From contig JAQGDQ010001200.1 of NCBI GenBank assembly GCA_030141605.1, positions 1-55,814 of the forward strand: 55,814 bases of DNA, in the 5' to 3' direction. Below the pieces are notes generated by a model. The model was not told where the DNA came from, did no database searches, and saw only the letters and a list, made by a program, of their open reading frames with translations. Shown one piece after another: positions 1 through 14,700 of this stretch. Source of the stretch: Tubiluchus corallicola. Its lineage: Eukaryota; Animalia; Priapulida. The stretch's first letter is position 1, and each line of letters begins with the position of its first letter. The translations under genes were made by a program, and so were the position numbers.

Positions 1-169
1 AAAAGCCCGACTGCTTGAATGGAACGAGACAAACGTAATAACTCTGGTGAACACGACCACTAATGTCCAGTTGAACTTGCCTAGTCAATTGCAGCATTCC
101 TTCGTTAAAGGCTCAACTAAAGCTCGAAGAATCATTTAGGCATTATAATTGATCAAAGGATCGAGACGA

Positions 170-269
170 CAATGAAGATGATGATGATGATGATGATGAT
201 GATGACGATGATGACGATAATGACGACGATGATGATAATGACGATGATGATGATGATGATGACGACGAC

Positions 270-307
<38 letters not shown>

Positions 308-327
308 TGATGATGATGATGATGATG
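170..327. repeat. (GAT/GAC)n trinucleotide microsatellite
   Basis: Directly visible; produces the poly-His/Arg pseudo-ORF 136..351. Confidence 0.9.
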
Positions 328-979
328 AATTGAATGACTCAAAAGTTCCAACTATTTAGTTATTGTTAGTTAAGCACAGCTCTTTTCAAGTAAATAAGTA
401 ACTCAATGAATATCGTTTAATATATATAATAGCAACTATTTAATTTCCAAAAAATCTTGAAATAGTTAGATGGGTTCACGAAATGATTTACTGCACAAAA
501 CTCAATTGGTTAGGTGGTCCATATATTGAATTATCTATCAATAAATCATTTGGTGAACCCATTAATATTCATAATTAATGTACATGAAATTATATTTGTA
601 TAATTATAGTGATTAGCAGTTAATAAATGTAGTAATGTTAATTTGTGAATTACGGTCTTACCTGCTTGTATTTTTGTCACGAAACCGCTTTTTAGCAGTG
701 AATTCACCGTACGCTGCTGATCAGCTTGCAGCTATGCTATTTTAACTCCAGAGACAAATCACACAATTATGTGACAGCACAAATCTCAAGTTATTTTTTT
801 ACAATTACATCTTGTCCTTGGACCAGTTTAGTACCCTGTGCGATTACAAATACATGCGACGCAAAAAATTTTCATCGAATGGATGTCAGAGTGAAGTGAT
901 GATCAATGACGACAACAGCAATGAGAGTAGCATTAATGATTATGATGTTAATTTTGCTGATGCAGTGACGTTGACAGAC

Positions 980-1167
980 GACGCTGATGACGGCAACGGT
1001 GATGACGACGACAGCAACAACAATAAGGACGAGGGTGAAGATGACAATAATGATGATGATGATAATAATAATAATGACGGCGACGACAATGACGATGACG
1101 ATGATGATGATGACGGCGACGACAATGACGAAGATGATGGTGATGATGACGATGACGATGATGACGA
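980..1167. repeat. Imperfect (GAT/GAC/AAT)n microsatellite
   Basis: Directly visible; produces overlapping low-complexity ORFs in four frames. Confidence 0.85.
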
Positions 1168-2528
1168 ATACATATATCCCGAAAACTGCTCCACTCTGTA
1201 ATCAATTTTCTCTGCCTTTTATTATTCGAATTATCTGACATCATGAATGGCTTTGAACAGTCATTTTGAGTATGTTTAACAGGAGATTTTCCTAGAAATG
1301 TTCACAGAAGTTTAGCTATGACGCGTATCAAATATGAATAGATCATATGAATGTGAATGAATCAAAAGTGAAAGTGGCTTCAGTTTGGCGGGAACATTAA
1401 GTCTGTGTCTCGGCGCAATAGAAAATAGCCTTTAGGGTGCTCGGGCTTCACATTCTTCATGTTTCTATGCGAAATCTGGTTAATGATTTTTGAAATTTTT
1501 CAAATAACAATTTCTTTTTAGAAATTACATCAGGTCCTAAAGCAGTCTTATGGAGATCAACAGTATCTAGTGCTATTTAAGCAGGCCTAGTTTAAAATGA
1601 AATAATTATTTCTGATTGTCTAGTTGTTGAAATGAGTTTACCGTATTTTCACCTTATTAGGCTTTTGAGCTAATTCTAAAAGGTAGTTTGTAAATCGTTG
1701 TACGTTCACAAAGTTATCAAAGTTTTTGGTTTACTATTACATAATAGATGTGAATATAATTATAGATTACAAATCATAACAGAGCTCTTTGAATTCTACA
1801 AATTACTTATCACGAGTTTAAGGCGATGACTGCGATAAGGCGAAGTTTCAATGTTTAGTCAGGTCCCTGAAACAAGAAAAAGAAAAATACCTAAAACTCA
1901 AGACGCAAATAAAAGCTGATGATCATATCAAGGTCATGACATGGTATGCGCTTCGAAAAAATGTGGAAAAACAATTATTACTGCTGCGGGATATGTCATT
2001 TTTCACTTTGAGATATGCGAGTCCTGGTGACACCGATATATTGCTTCCCTGGCCCTAATTATTACAATTTGCAATAATTAGATAATTACAATTATACATA
2101 TGGATCCTGAGATATAGTGATTTTTAAATACATCAAAGTTGTAGTCTGTCTTTTGTTTAACTATCCAATGTTTTTTCTCAAACAGAATAATTAAAATAAG
2201 GAATCAACTCTAAGTTTGTCAGCGGTGCCCCCTTGGTCTGTGCTCAGAGTAGAAAACTTTTTTAAAAACGTTTAAAAGATGTAAATCATCATTAAATTTT
2301 ACTTTTAGCAGGCATAATTATGGAAGTGCCTTGGCTGTTTCTGCCTTTATCCGTAAATCTTTTAACTAACCATTTATATCTGTGCTGTATATACATTTTA
2401 CCCTGGTTTTATATTACGTATACTTTTTTGCAAATATCTTAAAGATTATGCATTAAACTGTAAGCGAAACTGAATACGTAACTTACAGAACGAAACTCCC
2501 GATGCCCTTACGGGCGCAAACTAAGTAA

Positions 2529-2583
2529 CCAATTACAGTTCGTGAAATAGCTTTTCCGCGATTTTTAAACCAAAATGGCGACG
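2529..2583 (+). promoter_or_regulatory. Candidate PLK4 proximal promoter (CCAAT, E2F/CDE-like, CHR-like, YY1-like motifs)
   Basis: CCAAT at 2529, TTTTCCGCG at 2552-2560, TTTAAA at 2564-2569 and AAAATGGCG at 2572-2580, in a CpG-richer patch about 120-170 nt before the ATG. Confidence 0.4.
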
Positions 2584-2697
2584 CGTCTATTTTTATGTGT
2601 AAAATATCACGGTAATTTATAAATTTTGGAAAAATCCGTCTTTGTTTCTTCAATATGTTATGTTACTGAAGTTTGCCCATGCTTACTAGACTTTACC

Positions 2698-2727
2698 ATG
2701 AGGCCAACTTACGGTGAAACTATCGAG
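2698..2727 (+). CDS. PLK4: PLK4 coding exon 1
   Basis: ACC-ATG start, [10 protein letters not shown], donor gtaata. Confidence 0.85.
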
Positions 2728-5700
2728 GTAATAAAAACAATCTAATTTTGGAACATTCTTGAAGTCTTGTTCTTTATTCCTTTTCCAGCTGAGGAGGAGA
2801 CGAGATTTATTTGGACAATTTAGTAATGTGTACACTGATGTTATGGTGTTAGCCTTAAAGTTTGTTGTAATTTAGGGTTTGCTTATATTACTTATTCTGC
2901 TGTCAGTTATAGCTTACTGTGATAAAAAATGTAAGATGAAAAATCTCATTGCCAGTTGCCCCCCCCCCTTGTATAATTCAAAGAATTATTTTGAAATGAA
3001 TTGTTATGAAGTATGATATAGATGTACTTTGCCTTAATGAAACTTGGGAGGGACCTGATTCACCCATTAAATTCATGTCATGGAAAGTTTTTTCTAAGAC
3101 CTAGTGGTCATTTAGCTGTTGCAGTTTTTATTAATGACAGATGTACCACTTTTTACAGTTAAGCAGTCTCATTTGTTTGTAAAAACTGATGTACAGGCCG
3201 TAGTTGTCGACGTTTTTTACAAACTTGGGTTTGGACTTGACCATTATATCTGCTTATACTTCTCCAGGCAAACATGAGGAGCTTCAAATTATTTGTAATG
3301 AAATCAAAAATTGTAATAGGCAAAATGTACTCTTGCTAGGTGATTTGAATGCTAAGAGCTGCGAACGGGGAACAGATATTAATGACAGTGGTAAAGCTTT
3401 AGAATTTTTTCTGAATTAGTCCAGTTATGTGGTCATAATGATGGACAAGCAACACGGAGACTTGGTAACAGTGTAGTAGATTGTTATTGGTTATTACATC
3501 TCCAAATTTATCATCGTATGCTGTAGAGTGCTCTACTTTGTTCTTACGCATATATAAGGTCAGATCATGTAGCTATTTTTCCAAGTTTAGTATCGATGTT
3601 TGTAGGTCAAATTGCGTTCAGAAAAGTGTCAGGTTGTTTAGTAGCACACTACGAGAAATTAAGATAGTTTGAGCACACAGATGAGAAATTTGCTGAATGG
3701 CTGCAAGATGTTGACGACAGTGTTTCTATTGACACTTTATAATTCCTTCTGCTACACTTCTTCAACTCAACTTCTGTCTAGTTTTTCTTATTGCAAACAA
3801 ATGACACATTGTATATTGTCTTGGAGCTGCACACTACTAAAGTATCTGATAAGTATAGATTTTACTTAAAATCATATGTATTGTGTATTAGTCTGTTGTA
3901 ACTAGAATGATATCGAATTATTCTACATATAATGATAGTGTCTGTCATACCTTCCCTTAAAAGCATTTGTACGGGGGCCAATACTATATATTCAGGTAAG
4001 CTCTTCCACAGACAAACAGTTCTATTACAAAAGAAGAACTTCCTTGGATTACAAGTCATTCAGCTTTACATTGCAAGGTAAATCTTTTAACTTAGGAACC
4101 AGATTTGTGGCATGCCTCTGAACCTTTTGTATTTGTACTTTTATCCTTCTGTAGGTAGGGTGACCAAACTTGTACACAATATTCCAAATGAGGTCTCTCA
4201 TAACTCTTACATACTGTCAACAAAAACTCCATTAAAATGAAATAATAAAAGATTTATTTCTAGTAAGTATGCTGTGCGAAGTTGGGCCAACCAGTTTGAA
4301 TAGTTTTTTTTTGTGTTTTAGGATTATCAAGTATTGCACTTGCTTGGCAAAGGAGGGTTTGCTTGTGTTTACAAGGCAAAATGTCTGTCAACTGGCCAAG
4401 AAGTTGCAATAAAAATGGTAAATTGTTGTTGTTCAGAAATGGTAATCTGTTGAAACTTACATCAAAATTAGAATTATTAAACGAATCTTAATTGTTCATA
4501 GTGATTTATTATTTGTTCTTGCAATTGTTTTTGGGGAAGTTTTTGTGCGTAATTTACAATAGCAAATTTGCAATGTTGTAAATGTGTGAATTTTGTTTAA
4601 CAAACAGATTGACAAGAACAGAATGCAGTCAGCTGGAATGGCTACTCGAGTTCGCAAAGAGGTGGCCATACATTCAAGACTCAAGCACCCATCCATTCTG
4701 GAGGTATGACCTAAAGCAACAGCTCCACAGTCGTGTTTTTTTTTGCATACATGTAGCTAATTTCCAATGAAGTATCTCATTTTTTTGCCGTTTGAAGTTT
4801 CACCAGCTGCAGTTTTAACTCTTTCATTGCACTAGAGGTTTCGTTAACTTTGATTAGATTTACTTCAGAGTTGTTGTGTTGCGTCAAGCTGCCAGCATTA
4901 ATTTGTAATTGGAAATTTCGTGTAGCGTGCATGCTGACTTTACTTTGACTTGATGTTTAGTTGGTAAACATGTGAAAGTTTATGAGCAGCAATTGAAATA
5001 TGTTCCCGTTTACTGAAATAGTGGTGTCAGTGCCACATGAGCCGACGATTTTCACTCTGCAACGTAACATATGATAGCGAAATCTGTTAAGCACTGTACA
5101 AGGGTTGAGGCATTTAACTGCTTAGGTGTTTTTCTAGTCAGCTAGACTACAGTAAGTCCTCGCTTAACGACGCTAATGCATTCCAACAAAACACGCCGTT
5201 GAGCGAAATGTCACTAAACGAAACATTGTTTTCCATAAGAAACAATGTAAAAGCACACAGTTGCATTCCAGGAGGAAAAATCAATAGTGTTTGCCTATGT
5301 AAAAACGTTCGGTTGTTTGCAGCGTGCAAAAACCAATGAGCGTGACTATGTTAAAAGATTCAGTTATCTTGCAGGAGAAAAGTCAATAACATTTGACTCA
5401 TAAATTAAACACTTCATAGGGTTTATTGCTTACAGTTCTACAGCGCTTCTTTAATTAAAACATCTAGAGTTGTGTTTGTGGCAGCTGAAATGCAAATGAG
5501 GTAAACACAGCAATTAACTATGTAACAGGAAAGAGTTTTATCAGCCGAAGCTCTTGCGTTTTATCAAGAAAAATTTTGTCTAAACGTGGTAAGCAAGGAA
5601 TCATCGTGGCCTGCTTGTAGCAGATTGTCTGCCGACAGTTTGGTTGTGTTACTGTGATCTGCGTCAAGTGGCGGGCTTCTTGACAGAGTACAAGTTCAGT

Positions 5701-8700
5701 GAATAAGATTTTAGTGTTAAATGTAAGGCAAAAAATCGTTGTTAAAACGAAACATGTGCGACGTTAAGCAAAAAAGGTGTCAAATGATTAGCGTCGTTAA
5801 AACGAATCGTCGCTAAGCGGGGAGTCGTTAAGCGAGGACTTACTGTGCATACAAATACCGTACCAACACCATGCTTTGGTAGCAGTTAATGAGGAGTTTA
5901 TTCATCACTTAATACCTTTGCAGCTTTACACATATTTTGAAGATGCCAACTACGTTTACTTAGTAATAGAAATGTGTCACAATGGTGAACTGCATCGTTA
6001 CTTGAAAACCAAGCGTAAACAGCTCACTGAGGATGAAGGTATATAGTAATATGTTTACTTATATCAGTATTTAAGTATTGTACTGTATTGTATAAATACT
6101 GTATAGTATTTGCCTTATAGTTACATTTAATAACATACAGCAACTTTATTTTTTATCACTGAGTCAATTTTTTATCCGTAAAATGTGGAAACTGCTGTAT
6201 AGAGCTCGCACTTACATTTTCCCCCATATTACTGGTACCGTTCAGCCAAGTAAGCACTTTGCAAAACCGTTTCATGTAAAAATAGGAGTAACTCGACAAT
6301 TAGCTTTATAGCCAAATATACGTTAAATGACTTAAATTTGGTAATGCATTCAGCTAGTATAAAATTGTTATAGAAAGTAATGTTACCCTAGAAGATGTAT
6401 TTAGAAATTTGTGTGTACTATCTCGTAAAATTGTAAAAGCATGCGAGTTAAGTTCCAGGCAGCTAGCAACAATAAACTTAGCAAAAGTTTGTATGGGTTG
6501 TTTAGAAAACAAGAATTTTAATTTTTTATCAAAGTATCGATTGAGATAGATGTTAGAATATGTGGTGTCTTTTTAAGTTAATTGCTTTGTCTTCTTGTAT
6601 GTAAATAATATCCGTACTTGTTTTTTGTTGTTGTTGTTGTTGCTGTGGTCAGTGTTTAATATTTATTTTTACATTTACTACTAGTGTACTAATTTCTTTT
6701 GATTGAATCACTTATGTAACTTAACTATACATGTGTGTTCAAAGATAAATAACGTCAATAATAATAATCTAAGACAATTAACATGTTTTCTTGCCTACAC
6801 ATGAGCAATTTTTTGTTTGCAATATTTACTTCACGCATTCTTTCCTTGTTCCTGGGTCAGCTTCTCTTAAGTTTAGAGTAATAGTTTGGATCACAGACAA
6901 AATTTTATTTCAGCTGAATGTGTGCAACTTTATTGTGTTAACTGACCTAAAATATTTGAACGTATATTGCTTAGGGAGAACAGAGTGCCAAAACTAGCAA
7001 ATATATTAAGGAGTTGTTTCTGTTACCTAACATGCTTTATGTTTTAGCTCGGCATTGCTTGAGGCAAGTTGTTCAGGGATTACTGTACTTGCATTCTCAT
7101 GGCATTGTTCATCGTGATCTCACACTTGCCAACTTACTGCTCACAAAAAACATGAACGTTGTAAGTCTGACTGCAGATTTTCTCCTATATTTTAGACGCC
7201 TACCATTTTAATTGCTAACAGACGGTGTTTAAGTTTAAAATCTCTTTCTACTGTGACTTGCTTTGTTAGATCAATCTGATTTTGGTGCATTTTTTTCCTC
7301 CACACTTACATGCTGTGACTTTTGCATTACGTAGTTTTCAGAAAAATGTGTTCGGGCTGTGGAGTTTGCAGTAAATTTACTGCTAAAGGAGTCAGAGTTG
7401 TTAAAAGTTAGGATTTTGGAGTCGGGGTCAGGACCAGTGAGTACACTTATTGTTAGAGGAGTTGGAGTCGGTAAAAAAATAGACAAACTCAAACTCTAGT
7501 TACTTTTAACGCTTTTAAGCATAACGTCCCATTTCCGGACGCTTTCATATTGGTGTTTATGCAGCTAGACTGTTTTTTGACCCTAAGCAGTAGTGATGAA
7601 ATTGCCACTGTAGCTAAATTTTGAGAGCCAGAGTCGGAGTTGGATCTTCTAAAATTCTAGGAGTCAGGAGTTTAATGTACCGACTCCACTGCCCTGGTTT
7701 GCAGTGTGCTTCTTACAAGTGTTTGCTTTATTTAGAAAATTGCTGATTTTGGTTTGGCCACACAGTTATCAGTGCCAGAGGAAAAACATTTCACAATGTG
7801 TGGGACACCGAACTACATTTCTCCGTGAGTATGAAGGTCCATTTTACAAATTAAGTCAAATGTTAGCACACTAAGGTTGCTAGACATGTTGGTTTCGTAT
7901 TCTGCGAGTGTTAAAATGATTTTGTGTGGTAAATTAACTTGGCACAAATGATCTTTTTACACTTTTGCAAAGCAGTGATTTGTCGTACTTACCCACTTCT
8001 CACCAATAGCAAAACTCCGTTTTCCTACAATATCTGTTACCCGTTACGATGTTGTTTTTAATTTGTGGTTAATTGGGTTTGTAGGGAGATAGCTAGTCGC
8101 GGAGCACACGGATTAGAAGCGGATGTGTGGAGTCTTGGCTGTATGCTTTACACGATGCTAGTCGGGAAGCCGCCGTTTGATACAGACGGTGTAAAATCTA
8201 CGCTAAACAAGTAAGATTAAGAATTTGCACAAGGCAGAAGAAGCCTTAATCATTTTAAAATGTTTCCACTAATGCACATTTTAGTACTTATCTTTAAAGT
8301 ATTAAAAGTAAGCTTTTTCAATGTCATACAATAAAAGCTGTGTATTTATAAAATTAATACTGCACATACTTTATGTGATTTTTATTGTCGGTAAGGTTTT
8401 AAGTTTTACTCAAGTGTAAGGCTTCGTCCTAAAGATATTCTTGAAGCTTTTTTTGAACAACTTCCCAAAATGACGCACTAGTAAAAACTATTTTTTACAC
8501 AGTGCATCTTGTGTAAAAGGTACAAGTACAGTTTGATAAATTTAAGTATATGAGTGAGAATCTCGTTTTGTCTTGTGAGAAATAAAATTCTTTGTTTTGT
8601 TTCAAGATTCAAAATGTCATTTCGTTTACTTGATTTTTACATTTTTTAACGCAATAACGTCTGTCATAAGTAATTTTTTTGTGACAAACTTAAAGGGTCG

Positions 8701-11700
8701 TACAAGGACATTACGAGCTGCCAAAGACCTTGTCTCCAGAGGCCAGAAATCTCATTCAGGTTCTCCTGCGGAAAAATCCAAAAGAACGATTGAGACTGAC
8801 CCAAATCCTGGATCATCCTTTTATGTTATTGTCCAACCAGAGACGTTACACTAAAAAGCAGGTAAGAAAGAGGATTAAGAACTTTGTTTATCTGTGTCAC
8901 CAGTGCCGCAAAATATATGTTTGAAGCCAATTTGACAGACTTCTTCATGCAGTATCCAAAGTCCTATTCTTCGTCCAGCATCCACAAGTATCCAAAGTGC
9001 TCGAAGTTTCTTAATACTGTGAAGGCAGTGAAACCATTCAGTCTGACATCGTTTATCTATGTTTCTTAATGTTTCAATGTTTTTTTATTGATCGTTTGTT
9101 TATTTGTTTTGTAATTTCGGCTTGTCGTTGCCATTTACGGTTTGAAAAAGGTAATTGGCAAGCCCTGTACGCATGAGTTAGATTAGCATATGTTGGGTTT
9201 TAATTTTGCTAATTTCTCATTGGATTTTGATTTTGCTAGTTTGAGGAGGATATTTAAACTTTCAACACACATTAAAACATACTTATGGTCAACATTTTCA
9301 CAAGAGAGGCTGAATAATTTGGCGATGCTATTTATAGAAAATTATTTACAAAAACCACTGACTTTGAAATGATTTTGAAAGATTTCTGGGATAAAAAAGC
9401 CAGAAAATCTGTTTTTTGAACGCCTATGTGCAAAGAGTATATCAGTAATTTTCTTGACCTGTAAAATGTTCATGTGGGGCTTTCAATTTCTAGTATATCA
9501 TTGTGACTAATGGTAGAGCCTCGAGCACTCAATGCTTTTTGGCTGGGACTGGCGTACTAAACTAAGCATAAAACTTCAATCTTTAGCTTTTGTAGGGCAG
9601 GAAGCCCCACTAACAACTTTCAAATTGGGTCCCGCACTTTCTAGCACCGGCCCTGTATGTTTGTGAAATAATTATTTCTTTTTCACTATTTTGATACTTT
9701 ATAAACACTTCAGCACATTTTTTCGACAATCGTCCTGAATCAGCTGTTTCTTATTCCACTGTTAGGTAAATAATTGTAGTAGATTTTCATTGGTTATTTT
9801 ACACTGTACCCAGAGGTTGTTGCAGCATGTGTCAGTGATGATTACTGATGTCATGTGGTGTGTAGTAGGTCTCTTAACAGGATTTATTATCTAATATTTG
9901 TATAATACACCAACTGCTTGTTGGTGCCCTTCAAAAAAGCATCTTGATTTTTCCTGATGAAGATATTAATATCTAATTGATTAATAACTGCTGCATCTTC
10001 ATTGTGTCACTTTTTATCTTGCAGGTGATTGAGTCATCGCTGGACAGTGGCCGTGACACGCTGGCCACATTCTCTACGGCAGCAAGTACAAATCAACCGT
10101 CCAGTTCATCCAGGTCACGTCCCACGATTGGCGGCATTTCCGGCCCGGGATCCTATCGTGTTCTTCCCTCGTCAAACCTGTCGACACTTACTTCCCATTC
10201 GGATGAAAACGCTGCCGGGTATCGCTCTCGGGACTTGTTCAAGCCACGCGAGAGGAGATCATATAGTAGTGAGAGGTACTCTGGACGGCTGGAACATAGA
10301 GAGAATCCAGGGGTCAACCAGGCATGCCAGCGTCATCCTCCATCTCCACCGATTCGACTAAAATCTACGTACGTTTATATTGTACTGCAGGGCTGTGGTG
10401 AGATGAAGTGTAATGCTGGCAGGGAATACAGTAGACTTCTCAGGTGTGCATGTGAACGTGGCTTTATCTAGCACAGACTCGTATTCTGACCTTGTGTTAG
10501 TAAAAGCCACTAGTCACGTGCACACCTGAGCTTATAAAAAGGGAAGGTCTGCTGTAGACCCTTGTCAGTGGTCGTGTCTTTCATTGCAGCTCTGTTCACA
10601 TTTCACAGGCTTTGCCGCAAACTCCGTTCTTCTAGGTAAGCTGTTTGTTCCTTATTGGGGGTGTAATATGTAGTAATAAATTGTCATTTTGACTCTATTA
10701 TTCGGGTTCTGTTTTGGTAAAAGCGTTGAACGACTTAATTAAGACATGCTGCACAGTGTGGGCCGCGGTGCCATCTGTCCTGCCTCTGTTAAAAGCGGAC
10801 AGCAGTCCAATATCATCACCTTAAAAGTAATACTATACAGGTAAATACACTATATATGAATGAGTGTCATTTGGTGTTCTAGTTCATTCAGTTTATTAAT
10901 TTTTTGTCTTTTCAGTTGTATTTGCTATGCTTATTGAGCTATCTTTTATGCAGGTACAACGAAATTCAAGAATTCAATGTGCCAAGTGTACCAAGATTGT
11001 CTGTTCCTGACATCATGAAGAAAATCAGTACGTCTCTTTCTTCGGGAAGCCTGGACCGTGACCGTTCACACTGCGGCCGCAGCTTGAAGGAAAAATCCCA
11101 TCACGGTGCAAGTGTCTTCCAGAATCTTGATCGTGATGACCAGCGTCTAGACAGAAACCACGGAAGCCACGGGCAAACCTCACGAGTAGAAGCCGATCTG
11201 GCTTTGGGTCACATGCATGATCATGGCACAGACCTTTCACACAAAGCTGACCAGTCCGAACAGTTCATACTGGACAGACCGAGACGCAGTTTCTTAGAGA
11301 ATCAGAATCCCGGCTGTTGCAGTAGCAGACACAGTCAGCAAGTGGAAAAATTTAGTGCTCAAACTGCGGACAAATTACAACACGGTTGCTATGGCAATCA
11401 AAAGGAGAACAGTTTGCAGTCAGCACACGATTCCATTAAGGCTACAACGTATGGGCCAGTTGAATCGGCAGAATCTCTCCGTGGCAACCGCATCCTACCA
11501 GTTGAAAATAAATATCCAAATATTTTACCAGATAAGAGTACTCAGAGAATCATAAAACCTGCAGAAGATCGTTTGGATGATCGCATTGTTGCTAAGCAAC
11601 CTGGAACTCTAAGAGAGTTGGTGTCACCACTTAACTCGCGCAGACTTCGCCAAACACGTCAGAGAACTAAAAATGCTATGGTACTTGAATATTTCATTCC

Positions 11701-14700
11701 TTTTTTTGACTTTTGAAAGAATAAATTTCATGCAGACTTATGTCCATCTAAAAGGACAAGAAAAGGGGTACCTGAAGTGGGTTTCAGAAAAATCGCCTTA
11801 AAAATTATATTACTTTACAGCATTTTTATGCATATACTGTACTCACGTTAAAAGGAATTTTTTGTTTGTTTTCATTTTAAATCTCCCGCAATACTGTTCC
11901 AACCGCGCCATTACATGATTTCACCTACGCAAATGCAGGGGAAGAAAAGGCAATGTTAAATTATATCTCAAAAAACTTTCCATGCAAATCTGTATTACTT
12001 AGCATTTCGCTTACCTGCTGGAAAGGCTTATGTAACTAGAAATAATTATTTAAAACGTTGGTGCCAATTTGGTAAAATGTCGCTGGATCACCCTCCATGG
12101 TGCGCCACTCACTAACCAAAACATGTTTTAATCTTATTGACAAGATACATAGTTAGTAACATGTGTGCTATAAATGCTCTGATCATTTTTTCAAACTTTA
12201 TGCAATGTTATCTAAACTTGTTTTAAACGAACTACCATCAAAATGGCTGCATCTAGCAGTCATCGCGGGAGTTTACATTTACAAGTTTTGTACGGCGTTA
12301 CTGCCAATGCAAGTCTAATATGCAAAAAGGCAGTATGTAAGTGGTATAAATTTTCAAGATGAATTTTTTAAGCTTTATGTAAGTGGAGTGTTTTCTTGTG
12401 CTTTAAATACGGCTGAAAGTATGATGTTTTCCTTGTTCATGTGGCACCAGATTATAAAAGTACATTTATGTTTGTAGTTGAACATTTTGGATGACGGAAG
12501 CGTGTGCGTTGAGTTCATTCGCAGTAAACATGGGGAAGACCGCGTGTGTGAAGTTTGCAGGATTTCTCCCGATGGATGTCAGGTAAGTCTCCAATGTTCC
12601 TGAGTACTAATGAGGGTATAACAATTTCTTATTTGCTGTGGACGTACAACAGTTTTCTTGCAAAGGACTGGAGGAGAACATTGCTGCAAGCAGTTTATCA
12701 AAAATAATGATGCGTTTCTTTTGTGACTATGGTAAATGTGAACTTGTGAGAAAATATTTGTTCGAACATTACTTCATTCCTCTATAGAAGAATAATCTAC
12801 TAGAGAGGGAAGAGTATTTCATTCCTTCGAACCGTAGTCCTTCCCGTGCATGGATGCACATTGGGCAGACAGCATTTTCCACTGGGTTCTATCGGCGGCT
12901 TCTCTTTCGATGTTCTCCCAACGTCTGTTCATAGCCGGAAGGTCCTCTTTCTTACTGCGCCACGTTGTTTTTGGCCGACTTCTTTTCCTTTTTCCACCAG
13001 GTGGTTCCCAGCATAACGCTATTTTGGAGTGGCGTTGTTCTGGTAGGCGTAGAACATATCCAGCCAGTCTCAGTCTTCTCTCTGCGACTATTTCCTGCAA
13101 CCGCCGTGACTGCGCCTGCTGTAGGACTTCCACATTGGTAACATGGTTGCGATAGGATATTTTTAGGATTTTCCAAAGACATTTATGGTGGAAGACGTCC
13201 AGTTTCTTTGATATCGCTGCTGTGACTTTCCAGGTTTCGCTGGCATACTGAGTATTTCATTACAGAATATAAAATTTATGATGAAATTTTACACATCTTT
13301 TGGGATGGAACCATCATTTGCTTTCCTATTAACTGAGTTGCTGAAATGTTATTAATTTAATCATTTATCACCTTATAATGTTTCCTTTTTTGATCTTGCA
13401 TTCTTGGTAAATGGTTTCTATTTTGAAACAGTTGCATTATCTGGTTGACTTTTTAATGTGAAGGTTTCAAAAACTAGATCCCAAACATAATCAATAAAAT
13501 TTTACGTTACCATATTTTCAGATTAGTGTTTACCATCCAAATAGAGGCAAAGGAGTCTTAGTTTCGGAAATTCCCGTCGGTCCTCCTGCGGATGGACTGC
13601 TTAACATGCATCATTACGACAGTCTTCCGTCAAAACTTTGGAAAAAGTATGTTTACGCTGCACGATTCGTGAAACTGGTGCGCGCTAAGACTCCCAAAGT
13701 CACTTTTTACAGCGACCTGGCAAAGTGTATGCTGATGGAGAATTCGCCAAAAAGCGATTTTGAAGCAAACTTCTACAATGGTACGTTTAAGATGATAATT
13801 TCTTATCATATTTAATGACGTTTCCTTTGAATCCGTCAACGTTCATGTTCGCGAACCATTATACACTCGTTTTTTGTTTGACATGAATCAATGTATCCAC
13901 TCAACTGGCATTGCACGTCTTTCCTGTCTAGACATTATACACTCGTTTTTTGTTTGACATGAATCAATGAATCCACTCAACTGCCATTCCATGTCTTTCC
14001 TGTCTAGACAAACTGCTTTTTTAGAAAATGGTAAACTATCAAACATAATATTATAGTTTACTACTTGGACAGAAGAAAATTACTATAAATTTAAATTTAT
14101 GCTGTAGTGTCATCATACTTTTTTTAGTTTTGGATAGTGCTGCCACCTTCAGGTGTTTTCGTTAAAATTTTTGTTAAATTTTCATTGGCTTCTACAGTCT
14201 TTATGAATGCATAATCTCTAAACCTGTTTTCACACCTAAATGGTTTCACCTGTAGTTCTGGTCACTTGGTTTTCTGCTTTTCAACAGGACACTACTTCAC
14301 TGTTTATGTAGGCATTTCAGAATAAAATCTTAAAACTAAATTTCAAGTTTTTTGGTTTCTTCAAACCACTACTATTCCAGTTTTACAGTGATTCTTGGTT
14401 CTTATTTGCCCTTTGGGCAACAGAGGAGCTATGAAGTCTCACTTTTTGCTGTTGTCGTGGCTTCTAAGTACTTGCTGTTTGCTTTTTTCTTTGCTGTAAT
14501 ATGATGCTTGCTAGAACACAGATATATAGACTGTTGAACCATATCTGCGTGTAACTTGATGTGTTAACAGTAATTCTAGTAAAACACGTGTCAGTACTGT
14601 GTTACTCATCTCTATGTTCGTGTTATGATAATCAGTACCTACTAAAAGCAGGCAAAGTCGTTGCATACTAAAACAAACAAATAAACAACATTGGCAATGG

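Noticed and set aside
136-1244. His-, Asp-, Ser- and Met/Thr-rich ORFs
   Set aside because: They are by-products of (GAT/GAC)n microsatellites open in several frames, with no domain or clear splice context.
10395-10820. Possible solo LTR (TGTGGTGA start, TATAAAAA, AATAAA) in PLK4 intron 9
   Set aside because: There is no clean CA end or matching TSD and no second copy in the window.
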